Source of the DNA: a virus
Lineage: Duplodnaviria > Caudoviricetes
Direction: 5' to 3' (one strand)
IMG/VR virus record: IMGVR_UViG_3300042392_001665
Span: 1-58,669 of that record
DNA length: 58,669 nt
The notes under the pieces were generated by a model, which was not told the origin of the DNA, ran no database searches, and worked only from the letters and a program-made list of their open reading frames with translations. Every line of letters begins with the position of its first letter. The stretch's first letter is position 1. The position numbers and the translations under genes are program-made. This document shows positions 1-8,548 of this stretch, in pieces.

Positions 1-505
1 TAGATTGTACACCCTCATATATGATTTTACCTAACCCAGTTTGTGGGTCGGTTTGTAACATTTCTAAATAATCAAATTCTTTGGGAGATATTGTCAATCC
101 ACTAACTGGCATTAGTGTTGTGGTACCACAATTCATATCACTATCACTAGCAAAAAATAACTTTCTGACATTATCTAAAAAAATAGGTTTAATTGATTCT
201 GTTGTTTCTTTTACGGAATCTCTAGTTATTTTTCTAAGCATACTTTCACCATCTTTCTGTTTGACTGGAAGTATTTTTTGGAGGTCTTTAGTTATTTTTT
301 CAAATATGTTTTCAACGTTTGGTATCTTTTTTTTTGCTATATCCGCATAACTCTCTAACGTACTACCAACTTGACCTTGTAAGTTTTCTAAAGTATCGTC
401 ATATTTTTTTAATAGATCATCAACATCCTTTTTTCTATCACTAGCTTGTTGGATGATTTTAAACTTGGATTTAATTTCCCTTTGTTTATTTTTAAGATCT
501 ATCAT
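1..505 (-). CDS. Hypothetical protein, runs off the window start (not in ORF track)
   Basis: ATG at 505-503 overlaps the TAA of the upstream gene (TAATG coupling). Frame stays open: MIDLKNKQREIKSKFKIIQQ...FDYLEMLQTDPQTGLGKIIYEGVQS. Confidence 0.8.
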   Translation of the reverse strand, partial: MIDLKNKQREIKSKFKIIQQASDRKKDVDDLLKKYDDTLENLQGQVGSTLESYADIAKKKIPNVENIFEKITKDLQKILPVKQKDGESMLRKITRDSVKETTESIKPIFLDNVRKLFFASDSDMNCGTTTLMPVSGLTISPKEFDYLEMLQTDPQTGLGKIIYEGVQS

Positions 506-879
506 TATAGTTCATATTTTTGACCTTTGTCATTATCGTTGTCTCCAACTAATTTTTCAAGCAATTCTCTATCCTCATCAGTAAGTGTCATTTTACCTCC
601 TGAGAACTTATCTGTAGATCCTCCACCCTTTTGAATAAGGGTATTCTGAATCTTAACTAAAGATAGTTTCTTTTCGGTACATTCGTTTAGGATCTTTTGT
701 TGCTCTTTAATTACTGGCCCAATAACGGACATGTCTTCAGATTCCTTCATAAAAGAAAGCATCTTTTTCATAATCAGTGTGGCAGTATTTTTTTGCTCTA
801 CAATATCATGGTAGATTTCCTGCATCAGTGCTAGCGCAGAATCTGTATCTATCGCTAAATTTTTCTTTGGTGGTCTCAT
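505..879 (-). CDS. Hypothetical helical protein
   Basis: 124-aa ORF preceded by the TATTTAT motif and coupled to the next gene. Confidence 0.75.
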   Translation of the reverse strand: MRPPKKNLAIDTDSALALMQEIYHDIVEQKNTATLIMKKMLSFMKESEDMSVIGPVIKEQQKILNECTEKKLSLVKIQNTLIQKGGGSTDKFSGGKMTLTDEDRELLEKLVGDNDNDKGQKYEL

Positions 880-894
880 AATAATAAATAGGGT

Positions 895-1593
895 TTACTC
901 TAAAAATCTACCTAAAACACCATCATATAATAATTTATATCTTTTAAGTGATATTCTAATTTCCTTAGTTGATAGGGATGTCATTTCTCTTAAAGACAAA
1001 AGAATTAAATTCTTGTTAAACTTATTACCGTCACCTATTTGAAAAATCTGGTCAAAGTTGCTAAAAATCTCTAGAAGGGCATAACCCAATTTTTTTTCAT
1101 TATCAGTTAGATCTTCTTTTTCAATAAAATCCTCTAATTTGTTAGTTAAATTAATTATAACCGTTGTATAATCAATATGGTACTCATCTATAGTATACGA
1201 AAACTCAACTCTACTTTCTATGTCTTCAGATATGTCTTCGTATGAAATGCTTCTATTTTGTTCTTTAGTGTCTTTTTGAATCGCACCCATTAAGTAGTTC
1301 TTACATATGGTTCCAAAATAAGAATACGCCTTATGGTTTTTTGTGTGATCAAATTTATTAATTTTTGTTATAAGAAAGGACATTGTATCGGTGTGTAAGT
1401 CTTCAAAATCCATATCTTTTCTGTATAGTTTGTATCTTCTTATGATACTTTCAACCATAATAACTAGGGGTTCTCGTAAATATTCATTGAATATCTTATT
1501 TCTTTCTGCCTCATCAATACTGTCTAGGTACATGACTACCGCCTTTTCTTGATCCTCCCCAAAATAAACTTTTTGGGTTCTTTTTCTTGGCAT
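895..1593 (-). CDS. Phage sigma factor, T4 gp55-like (late transcription)
   Basis: Region-2-like segment 'DFEDLHTDTMSFLITKINKFD...KAYSYFGTICKNYL' resembles gp55-type 'FDP...AYFT.I..N'. Confidence 0.7.
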   Translation of the reverse strand: MPRKRTQKVYFGEDQEKAVVMYLDSIDEAERNKIFNEYLREPLVIMVESIIRRYKLYRKDMDFEDLHTDTMSFLITKINKFDHTKNHKAYSYFGTICKNYLMGAIQKDTKEQNRSISYEDISEDIESRVEFSYTIDEYHIDYTTVIINLTNKLEDFIEKEDLTDNEKKLGYALLEIFSNFDQIFQIGDGNKFNKNLILLSLREMTSLSTKEIRISLKRYKLLYDGVLGRFLE

Positions 1594-2378
1594 TAATTTC
1601 CATTATAATTTACTTCTCGTTTATTGGTAAAGAAAAATTCTTTTTTTGCTGTTTCCACCCAGAATTTGGCTTCGTTTTCTGCTAGCTTTGTTTTTTCATC
1701 ATTTTTATATAACCAGAATAAGGAGTCTTCTCTTAAATTAACATGTCTGTATCCAATTCTAGGAACAACCATAATTTTTGCCCCATTATGTGTAAGTCTT
1801 AATAAAAATTCATAACCAAAGGTTAATTTAACATTTTCTTTAAACCCACCATTTTCTTTAACAACCTTTGTTTTATATAAACCACCACTGATTTGATAAC
1901 TTTGATATTCAAGTAAAACTTCGTTATCGATCATACCTTGTTTTTCCGAAAACCCATATGCCCAAACAGACTCATTTGTGAAGTTTGTAAAATTACCCTC
2001 CTCATCAACATCTTTGACGATCGGTAAAAAAACATCGACATCCGCATTTTCTTTGATATGTTGATTAATAGACTTTAACCATATTTTTTGATATTCGTCA
2101 TCAACTTCTAAAATTGAAAACCAATCTGTTTTACAATTATCAATCCCCTCATTTACTTGAGAACAAAAATCCGTATTTTTAGTATGGTATTTGTATTCAA
2201 TCTCTAGTTTTTTACCTAAGTCAACCGCTTCTAGGGCGCTTTTTAATGTTGTAGGCGCAACGATCATTAATTTAACATCGTTGTAAAATTCTTTTGCTGA
2301 TTCTACAGCGTTTTGTAACATTAAATTATAATCATCATCTAGTTTGTGAACCGGTAAGATTATTGTTATATTTTTCAT
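1593..2378 (-). CDS. Glycosyltransferase family 2 (GT-A fold)
   Basis: N-terminal 'ITIILPVH', 'VNEGID', DxD-like 'ILEVDD', 'GGFKEN...YEFLLRL'. Confidence 0.85.
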   Translation of the reverse strand: MKNITIILPVHKLDDDYNLMLQNAVESAKEFYNDVKLMIVAPTTLKSALEAVDLGKKLEIEYKYHTKNTDFCSQVNEGIDNCKTDWFSILEVDDEYQKIWLKSINQHIKENADVDVFLPIVKDVDEEGNFTNFTNESVWAYGFSEKQGMIDNEVLLEYQSYQISGGLYKTKVVKENGGFKENVKLTFGYEFLLRLTHNGAKIMVVPRIGYRHVNLREDSLFWLYKNDEKTKLAENEAKFWVETAKKEFFFTNKREVNYNGN

Positions 2379-3442
2379 ACTGCTTCTTCTTGTTTTAATT
2401 TTTCTAATCCTTTTAAAATCGTTTCTTTTCTTTTAGAATTAAATGATTCAAAAATGTTAATGGTGTTGTTTTTTGTTATTTCTTTGTTATATGGTAATAA
2501 GGTTTCTTGCATTTTTTGTTTTACATCATCATTGATTTCAACACCCTCTAACCAAGCTAAACAATATGTGCCCAGTAATTCAATAAGTTTACTTTCATCA
2601 TATGTCCACATACCATTTTCAGATAACCAATCAGGTTCTGTCATAGGTATTTTACCAATAATTGGTACACCCGTTTTCATTGACTCTAATGGAAAGGTTC
2701 CAAATGTACTATCATCATCTAACCACAATGAAACAAAACATTCTTTTAACCCTTCAGCAAATTCTGAATTTGACATTTGAACCATATCTCTAAACGTGAC
2801 CCATCTTAGTTGTGGATATTTTAAATAGAATTCAGATATTAGTTTTCTGTGTTTAACCCTATCTCTACAACTAATAGCAATAAAAGGTTTTGACGGAGAC
2901 GTGGGCACGCTAAAATGATCCTCAATAACAGGAGGAATAATAAAGACTAAAGATTCTGGAAAGTATTCTAAAATATATTTTTTAGCTGCTTCTGTTGTTG
3001 TGATAACTTTATCAAACCCAAAATCACTAAATCTACTTCCAATAGATAATGTGTCAAACATATATTCTTTTTGTTGAACTAGCATTATTTTAGTACATCT
3101 AACATTCGCTAATTGTTGTAAAACGTTAGCATAACTTTCTGGTACAACAAGAATATCGTCAATACTCATTTCTACCTTATCTTCCTTAATTGATACTACT
3201 GGTATTTCTTTATAAGAATCTCCAAGCCACGCTGATACTCCACCATACTTTGAGTCTTCGACAAGTACTTTTGAATTCATACCCGCTTGTTTCAGATATA
3301 ATGCCATATCATAGATATGTTTAACAGAAGCCCTAGCATTACCTTTAGTGTCATAACACAAAAAATAAATCGCATTTTCTTTGGATTCAATTCTGGTTAG
3401 AGCGTCTTCTAATTTTTCGATGTTTTTTAATTTTTCACTCAT
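2375..3442 (-). CDS. Glycosyltransferase, GT-B fold (GT4-like)
   Basis: 'DILVVPE', 'IIPPVI' and C-terminal 'STFGTFPLESMKTGVPIIG' (E-x7-E-type GT4 signature region). Confidence 0.75.
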   Translation of the reverse strand: MSEKLKNIEKLEDALTRIESKENAIYFLCYDTKGNARASVKHIYDMALYLKQAGMNSKVLVEDSKYGGVSAWLGDSYKEIPVVSIKEDKVEMSIDDILVVPESYANVLQQLANVRCTKIMLVQQKEYMFDTLSIGSRFSDFGFDKVITTTEAAKKYILEYFPESLVFIIPPVIEDHFSVPTSPSKPFIAISCRDRVKHRKLISEFYLKYPQLRWVTFRDMVQMSNSEFAEGLKECFVSLWLDDDSTFGTFPLESMKTGVPIIGKIPMTEPDWLSENGMWTYDESKLIELLGTYCLAWLEGVEINDDVKQKMQETLLPYNKEITKNNTINIFESFNSKRKETILKGLEKLKQEEAV

Positions 3443-3446
3443 TTTT

Positions 3447-3731
3447 TTATATTTCTTCGTTTATTATTCCGTATTGTATTAGGGTATTAAAAGCAAGATT
3501 AAATGACAATGATCCGGAGCCATTTTTTAAAGAAGACAGTATAACATCTTCTCCCTCATCTTCAAATTCATTTAATACTCGATCTAACATCATTTTTATT
3601 AACTCATATTTAAAAACGTTTATTTCAATAACGTCTTTACCATCCTCGTCACTTATTGTCCCACCTGTTCTACATTTTTCAACGATTCCGTCGATATCAA
3701 TGTAATAATCTTTTCCGTTAAAATTATGCAT
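3447..3731 (-). CDS. Hypothetical acidic protein
   Basis: 94-aa ORF overlapping the upstream gene in the same operon. Confidence 0.7.
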   Translation of the reverse strand: MHNFNGKDYYIDIDGIVEKCRTGGTISDEDGKDVIEINVFKYELIKMMLDRVLNEFEDEGEDVILSSLKNGSGSLSFNLAFNTLIQYGIINEEI

Positions 3732-4356
3732 CTAATTGTTTTTGTTCGTCTTTATTGAATATAATATTGTTTTGATTATCAATATTAATATCACTTAATT
3801 TATTAATTTTTTTCTCGTAAGTAAAGAAATTGTTATAGGTTGTTTCAAATAGTATAAATTCTTTATTATCTGGTTTTAAATCTAAAATTCTTTTAGAATC
3901 AGATATCCACACATCAGCTTTACCCCATTCTTCACTAATATTTTCACTTAAAATAAATTTAATATTATTTGGCATAAACCCACTTCTAGCTAAGAAAAAT
4001 AATGTTGCTGGTTTTGCTTTAGCATACTCATCCAAACCGACTAAATAAACATCATGATCTTTATAATCAAAGACAAATTTATTAAATTCGTTATAGACGT
4101 TAATATAACTAACTGGAGAGTGGCCATAGAGTTCCATTGGATATTCTATGTATTGAAAGTGATCGCTTTGTTCTTTAGATTGAAAAGCAAAATGATCTGT
4201 TAGGTTTAAATTAGTAATTGGTTCGGTAATTTTATAATCAAAAGTATCTGTTGATCCTTCCTCTTCATCAACATTTATGTAAGCATTTTCATAATGATAA
4301 TGAAACCTGTTTATAAAATTACGTAAAACCCCATCGATTGAAATATAGATATTCAT
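3724..4356 (-). CDS. HAD-superfamily 5'(3')-deoxyribonucleotidase-like protein, catalytic motif degenerate
   Basis: 'MNIYISIDGVLRNF' matches DxDGVL with the first Asp as Ser; 'ADVWISDS' matches motif IV; C-terminal 'ILFETTYN'. Confidence 0.65.
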   Translation of the reverse strand: MNIYISIDGVLRNFINRFHYHYENAYINVDEEEGSTDTFDYKITEPITNLNLTDHFAFQSKEQSDHFQYIEYPMELYGHSPVSYINVYNEFNKFVFDYKDHDVYLVGLDEYAKAKPATLFFLARSGFMPNNIKFILSENISEEWGKADVWISDSKRILDLKPDNKEFILFETTYNNFFTYEKKINKLSDINIDNQNNIIFNKDEQKQLDA

Positions 4357-4363
4357 ATTCCAA

Positions 4364-4392
4364 AAGATAGGGCTTATTTTAAAAAAAGTAAA
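4364..4392 (-). promoter_or_regulatory. Putative early/middle promoter TTTACT-N17-TATCTT
   Basis: Same two-box, 17-bp-spacer pattern found upstream of several other genes. Confidence 0.5.
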
Positions 4393-4399
4393 TGAGTAA

Positions 4400-5113
4400 T
4401 TACTCGTATCTATTTAATATTTCACCAATAATTGGGTTTCTAACAATATCCTCATGTCCAAATTCGAAAACACCAATTCCTCTAACACCATCTAATCTTT
4501 TTTTGGCATCATATAATCCTGATTTCGTTTTATCTTTATATTTGTCAGATTGTTCTAGATCTCCAGATAAGAAAAATTTAGAATTAAATCCAATACGCGT
4601 TAATAGTAGCTTTATTTGAGATGGTGTAGCGTTCTGAGCTTCTTCAAAAACCAGAATTGTATTATCAACATTCCATCCTCTCATATATGCTAATGCAGCA
4701 ACTTCGATATACCCCTCATCTTTCAATTGTTCTCTCGCTTCTTTACCTATTATTTTATTTAGTAAATAATATGATGGATAAATGTAGGGATCTAATTTTT
4801 CTTCTAATCCACCAGGTAAGGAACCTAATTTCTCTTCAGCCTCAACAGCGGGTCTAACTATGATAATTTTTTCAAATTTATTATCATCATCATGTAATAA
4901 GTCTACCGCCCTTTTCATTGCAATATATGATTTACCGACTCCGGCTGGCCCAAAACATAATGTTATTTGGTTTTCGCCTAAAATCTCCCAATATTTTTCT
5001 TGATTTTTGGTAAGGAACTTTTCTTTTGGTTTTTTGATGATTTCTCTAATTCTCTGCTTATGTGGTATTTTCTTCTCTTCTACTAGCCCTGGTTTTGTTT
5101 TCGACTTAATCAA
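4400..5113 (-). CDS. phoH: PhoH-family ATPase
   Basis: 'GPAGVGKS', 'IVRPAVEAEEKLGSLPG', 'AYMRG', 'EEAQN', 'LLTRIG', 'GDLEQSD', 'DIVRNP'. Confidence 0.95.
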   Translation of the reverse strand: MIKSKTKPGLVEEKKIPHKQRIREIIKKPKEKFLTKNQEKYWEILGENQITLCFGPAGVGKSYIAMKRAVDLLHDDDNKFEKIIIVRPAVEAEEKLGSLPGGLEEKLDPYIYPSYYLLNKIIGKEAREQLKDEGYIEVAALAYMRGWNVDNTILVFEEAQNATPSQIKLLLTRIGFNSKFFLSGDLEQSDKYKDKTKSGLYDAKKRLDGVRGIGVFEFGHEDIVRNPIIGEILNRYE

Positions 5114-5157
5114 GTTGTTTGAGTTTTAATTTACGATTATTGTCACACTTATAAATA

Positions 5158-5775
5158 TCACTTAATTCCACTAGAATTAAATCCACCATCACCTCTTAAA
5201 GTTTCATTAATCACCTCTGTTTTAGCTAAAATAATCTTACCTTCACCGAACACTGGCATAATTACCGCTTGAGCGATTCTGTCACCTTTTTGTATTGTAA
5301 ACGGCTCTTCCCCTAGATTAATTAACGGAATCTTAACCTCACCTCTATAATGACTATCAACCGTTCCTGGGCTATTTAAAACAGTAATACCATTTTTTAT
5401 GGCTAAACCACTTCTTGGTCTAACTTGTATTTCTGTACCTTTTTCTAATTCAAAATATAACCCAGTTGGAACTAAAACTCTTTTTAATGGATTTAAAACG
5501 ATTGGTTCATCAATATCTGCTCTAAGATCAAATCCACTATCACCCTCATACGCAAATTTGGGATCTTCATTAGTCGATTTATTTATATATTTAACCGAAA
5601 GTTTTGAATATTCCTCTTTCTGTGCATTATAAATTTCACTATTTAAATCATCCAATGTTAAATTTATTTGCTTGGCTAATTCTTCATCAATTGTATCATC
5701 AGTTTCATCTACCGATAATAGTTTTTCATACTCTTTTAATTTATCTAGAATTTCCTGAAAATTACCTTGTTCCAT
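5158..5775 (-). CDS. dut: Trimeric dUTPase with acidic N-terminal extension
   Basis: 'SGFDL', 'RPRSGLA', 'NSPGTVDSHYRGE', 'GDRIAQ', 'RGDGGFNSSG'. Confidence 0.95.
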   Translation of the reverse strand: MEQGNFQEILDKLKEYEKLLSVDETDDTIDEELAKQINLTLDDLNSEIYNAQKEEYSKLSVKYINKSTNEDPKFAYEGDSGFDLRADIDEPIVLNPLKRVLVPTGLYFELEKGTEIQVRPRSGLAIKNGITVLNSPGTVDSHYRGEVKIPLINLGEEPFTIQKGDRIAQAVIMPVFGEGKIILAKTEVINETLRGDGGFNSSGIK

Positions 5776-6331
5776 ATTTTTCTTCTATTAATGCTAATTC
5801 AAATCCGTGTTTCATTACCTGGCTTAAAATCAATGAATGCCATTTGGCCATTTTATCATCAGAATCTTTATCTATGTTTATAATGGCTTGGTATTCATCT
5901 TCTTCTAACGAACAACCATATTTGGTTGCATAGTAAGCACTTCTTTCTCCAACTTTAAGAGCTGTCATCCCTTCTGAATTATAAACGTACATTTTACCTA
6001 AATTGGTTCTATGCCATTCACTATCATTCATTTTAAAAAGAAACACTTTACCTATTTGAGAAAGAAAAACGGTTTTTATTATTTTTTCTTTATTTAATTT
6101 TATTTTTTCTGGTAGAATATCGTTTATGTTTAATGAGTACTTACAAACCTTCATTAAATGATCTAATAGACCTCCAGGATAGCAACCATATAAATCTAAA
6201 GAAGGAGAAGCTGGGGCATGATAAAAATCACTCCCCAGAAACTCCTCTAACTCTTTTGTAAAAATATTATACCTTAAGTTAGTTTCTTGAAATTTTTCTT
6301 TATTTTTTTCAATCCTATCCTTAGATAACAT
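5762..6331 (-). CDS. HD-domain-like (YhaM-type) protein, metal ligands degenerate
   Basis: 'FYHAPAS...YPGGLLDHLMKV' is typical of phage HD proteins, but the LHDIGK position reads 'LSQIGK'. Confidence 0.65.
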   Translation of the reverse strand: MLSKDRIEKNKEKFQETNLRYNIFTKELEEFLGSDFYHAPASPSLDLYGCYPGGLLDHLMKVCKYSLNINDILPEKIKLNKEKIIKTVFLSQIGKVFLFKMNDSEWHRTNLGKMYVYNSEGMTALKVGERSAYYATKYGCSLEEDEYQAIINIDKDSDDKMAKWHSLILSQVMKHGFELALIEEKYGTR

Positions 6332-6334
6332 ATT

Positions 6335-6565
6335 TTATTTGTAATATTCTGGTGTGTTTTTTTCATCAATCACACACTCAATTTGCATCTTAGAGACGCT
6401 TAGGCTCTCACTACCTCTGATATCACCAGATCGATACTTGGCAGCAACGATAGTTGCTTCTTCCACAGAGTTAGCTTGCAACACATACTTAACTTTTTTA
6501 ATTCTTGGGTTACCCTCTCGGTCCGTTTGTTCGGTTTCGTAACCAATTGTAATTAGATAATACAT
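6335..6565 (-). CDS. Small protein resembling DUF4494 (Bacteroidota-associated)
   Basis: 'YYLITIGYE...EG..RIKKVKYVLQANSVEEA' pattern recalled from DUF4494; needs HMM confirmation. Confidence 0.5.
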   Translation of the reverse strand: MYYLITIGYETEQTDREGNPRIKKVKYVLQANSVEEATIVAAKYRSGDIRGSESLSVSKMQIECVIDEKNTPEYYK

Positions 6566-6592
6566 AATTTTTATATTTTATTGTTCGTTACT

Positions 6593-6621
6593 AATATAGA
6601 TGATTTAATTTATAAAAACAA
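6593..6621 (-). promoter_or_regulatory. Putative early/middle promoter TTGTTT-N17-TATATT
   Basis: Two boxes with 17-bp spacer upstream of the 6565 start. Confidence 0.5.
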
Positions 6622-6633
6622 AAAAAGTAACAA

Positions 6634-7863
6634 TTATTTGGTGGTAATTAATTTTAAAAACTCAACCCTATCATCACACACCTTTTTTAACGAGTAATTA
6701 ACCTTAACGGTTTCATATAGTCTGTTACCTAAGTCTTGAACTAAGTTAGGATTGTTGATTAACCTTTTCATATGTTTAGCCCAATCTTTATGGTTTTTTC
6801 TAGGTGAAACCACAAGCGCGTTACCTTTATCGTTGAATACACCATTGTCAACCGCTGACACTAAATCTATTGTATATGGATTAGTTTCACTTGCGATTAT
6901 TGCTTTTTTATGAAATCCGGCTTCAATAACTTTTAATTGAGATTTGCATGAATTAAAGAATGATTCAACAAGCGGGGCTAATGACACATCAAAATAGTTG
7001 TAGTTCATAGCATACTTGCTAACCTCTTGTGTCCATCTTCTAACATAAGGAACATCCATTGATTCGTAATCCATTTGTTTAAATGATGTTAAGTGGTTCT
7101 TGTAGTTCTCATCTAATACTTTATATGAGTTTGTAAAAATACTCTCATATTTGCTCCAAACCGTTTCGTGTGGCATGATTGGTCTTTGTCTTTGTTGACC
7201 AGTTGATTTGTCTATTTCTGTGACGCTTCCTCTAATATCAAAACCACATAAAACAAACTGTGTTTTATTTAAATCGCTGCTTTGTATACTTTCAATTCCA
7301 GATTTTAATAATTCAATGTCATGTAAGTGGGATGATCCACCTAACCAGCCAAATCTTAATCTATCGGATTGAATTGGATTTGGTTTAAATTGTGGTTCGT
7401 TTTCGTCAACCGCATTAGGGAAAACAAAAATATTTTTTGTTAGGTTTAACCTTTTTTTAATTTCATTAGCAAAAAATGGTGTTGTACACGTGATGTAGTC
7501 AACTAGCTTTAATAGTTCAGCCTTTTTTTCACCAACTTTAGCAAGTCTTATTTGTTCATATAGTGGGTGTCTTTGATCAACAGTCCAAAAGTCATCAATA
7601 TCCATTACTGTTTTAATTCCTTTAGCTTTTAACCACTTAACTCTTTCTACGTTTCTTTCGTGATTAACCTGATGAATGAAGCTATGAAAAATGACAACAT
7701 CGTAATTATCGAAAACAGCATCGTTGTCTTCTAAATTCATAACAATATCAACATGGATATCATTATTAAAATTGTTACCAATAAATTTAAATGGATCTAA
7801 TATCCTGTATTTTCCAACTCCGTGAGCGTCTGATGGAATGGCTAAAACTCTTACTTTTGACAT
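6634..7863 (-). CDS. Glycosyltransferase, GT-B fold
   Basis: 'GVGKYRILDP', 'MDIDDFW', 'FPNAVD', 'RFGWLGGSSHLHDI', 'DVSLAPL...FNSCKSQLKVIEAG'. Confidence 0.9.
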   Translation of the reverse strand: MSKVRVLAIPSDAHGVGKYRILDPFKFIGNNFNNDIHVDIVMNLEDNDAVFDNYDVVIFHSFIHQVNHERNVERVKWLKAKGIKTVMDIDDFWTVDQRHPLYEQIRLAKVGEKKAELLKLVDYITCTTPFFANEIKKRLNLTKNIFVFPNAVDENEPQFKPNPIQSDRLRFGWLGGSSHLHDIELLKSGIESIQSSDLNKTQFVLCGFDIRGSVTEIDKSTGQQRQRPIMPHETVWSKYESIFTNSYKVLDENYKNHLTSFKQMDYESMDVPYVRRWTQEVSKYAMNYNYFDVSLAPLVESFFNSCKSQLKVIEAGFHKKAIIASETNPYTIDLVSAVDNGVFNDKGNALVVSPRKNHKDWAKHMKRLINNPNLVQDLGNRLYETVKVNYSLKKVCDDRVEFLKLITTK

Positions 7864-7882
7864 ATATTAATATTATATGTCT

Positions 7883-7911
7883 AGTATAAGGGATTAAAAA
7901 ATAAAAGTAAA
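7883..7911 (-). promoter_or_regulatory. Putative early/middle promoter TTTACT-N17-TATACT
   Basis: Two boxes with 17-bp spacer upstream of the glycosyltransferase. Confidence 0.55.
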
Positions 7912-8511
7912 TTACTTCGCTTTATTTACACCGGTGATTTTACCCTTAAAAATAGAATCACCAACCTTTAACACCAAATTTTCATTAATTGATGCAGTTG
8001 TAGATGCACTAAGGATTTGATTTAATTTTTCATCCATCACTTTGCGAACTGTGTTTTCAATAAGAACTGCGATTGCGTTCATATCAATATTACCAGCTGT
8101 AGTTGTACTTGGGGCTTGTCTTTGCTGTGGTTGTGTTTTTTTAGAAGGGACGCCTTCTTGTTCCATTAGTCTCTTTGCCCCTTTTATAAAATCCATGTCC
8201 AATGTTTCATTTAATGAAATTTGCGGCATTTGTTGTATTGGACTCTCCCTCATAGCTTTTTTGATTGCATCGGGTAATTTGGAGTTTTCTATTTTATCAA
8301 AATTAACCGAAGCTGATACATTTCTTGTCTCGGACAATGGTGGCATATTATTTGTATGAATATATTCTTCTGGATCATTCATTAATACTTGCTCATTAAC
8401 GTGACCTCTCTCGAAATTACCTGTATCTACTTTATTCATTATCTTTTTTGCTTGCGCCAATTTTTGCATCAAATCGTTTGAACTAATTGGGCCGGTATTT
8501 AATTGTGTCAT
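7912..8511 (-). CDS. Hypothetical protein (late class)
   Basis: 199-aa ORF with TATTTAT immediately upstream. Confidence 0.75.
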   Translation of the reverse strand: MTQLNTGPISSNDLMQKLAQAKKIMNKVDTGNFERGHVNEQVLMNDPEEYIHTNNMPPLSETRNVSASVNFDKIENSKLPDAIKKAMRESPIQQMPQISLNETLDMDFIKGAKRLMEQEGVPSKKTQPQQRQAPSTTTAGNIDMNAIAVLIENTVRKVMDEKLNQILSASTTASINENLVLKVGDSIFKGKITGVNKAK

Positions 8512-8548
8512 ATTAATAAATATATTCTAATTATAACCAAAAATAAAG

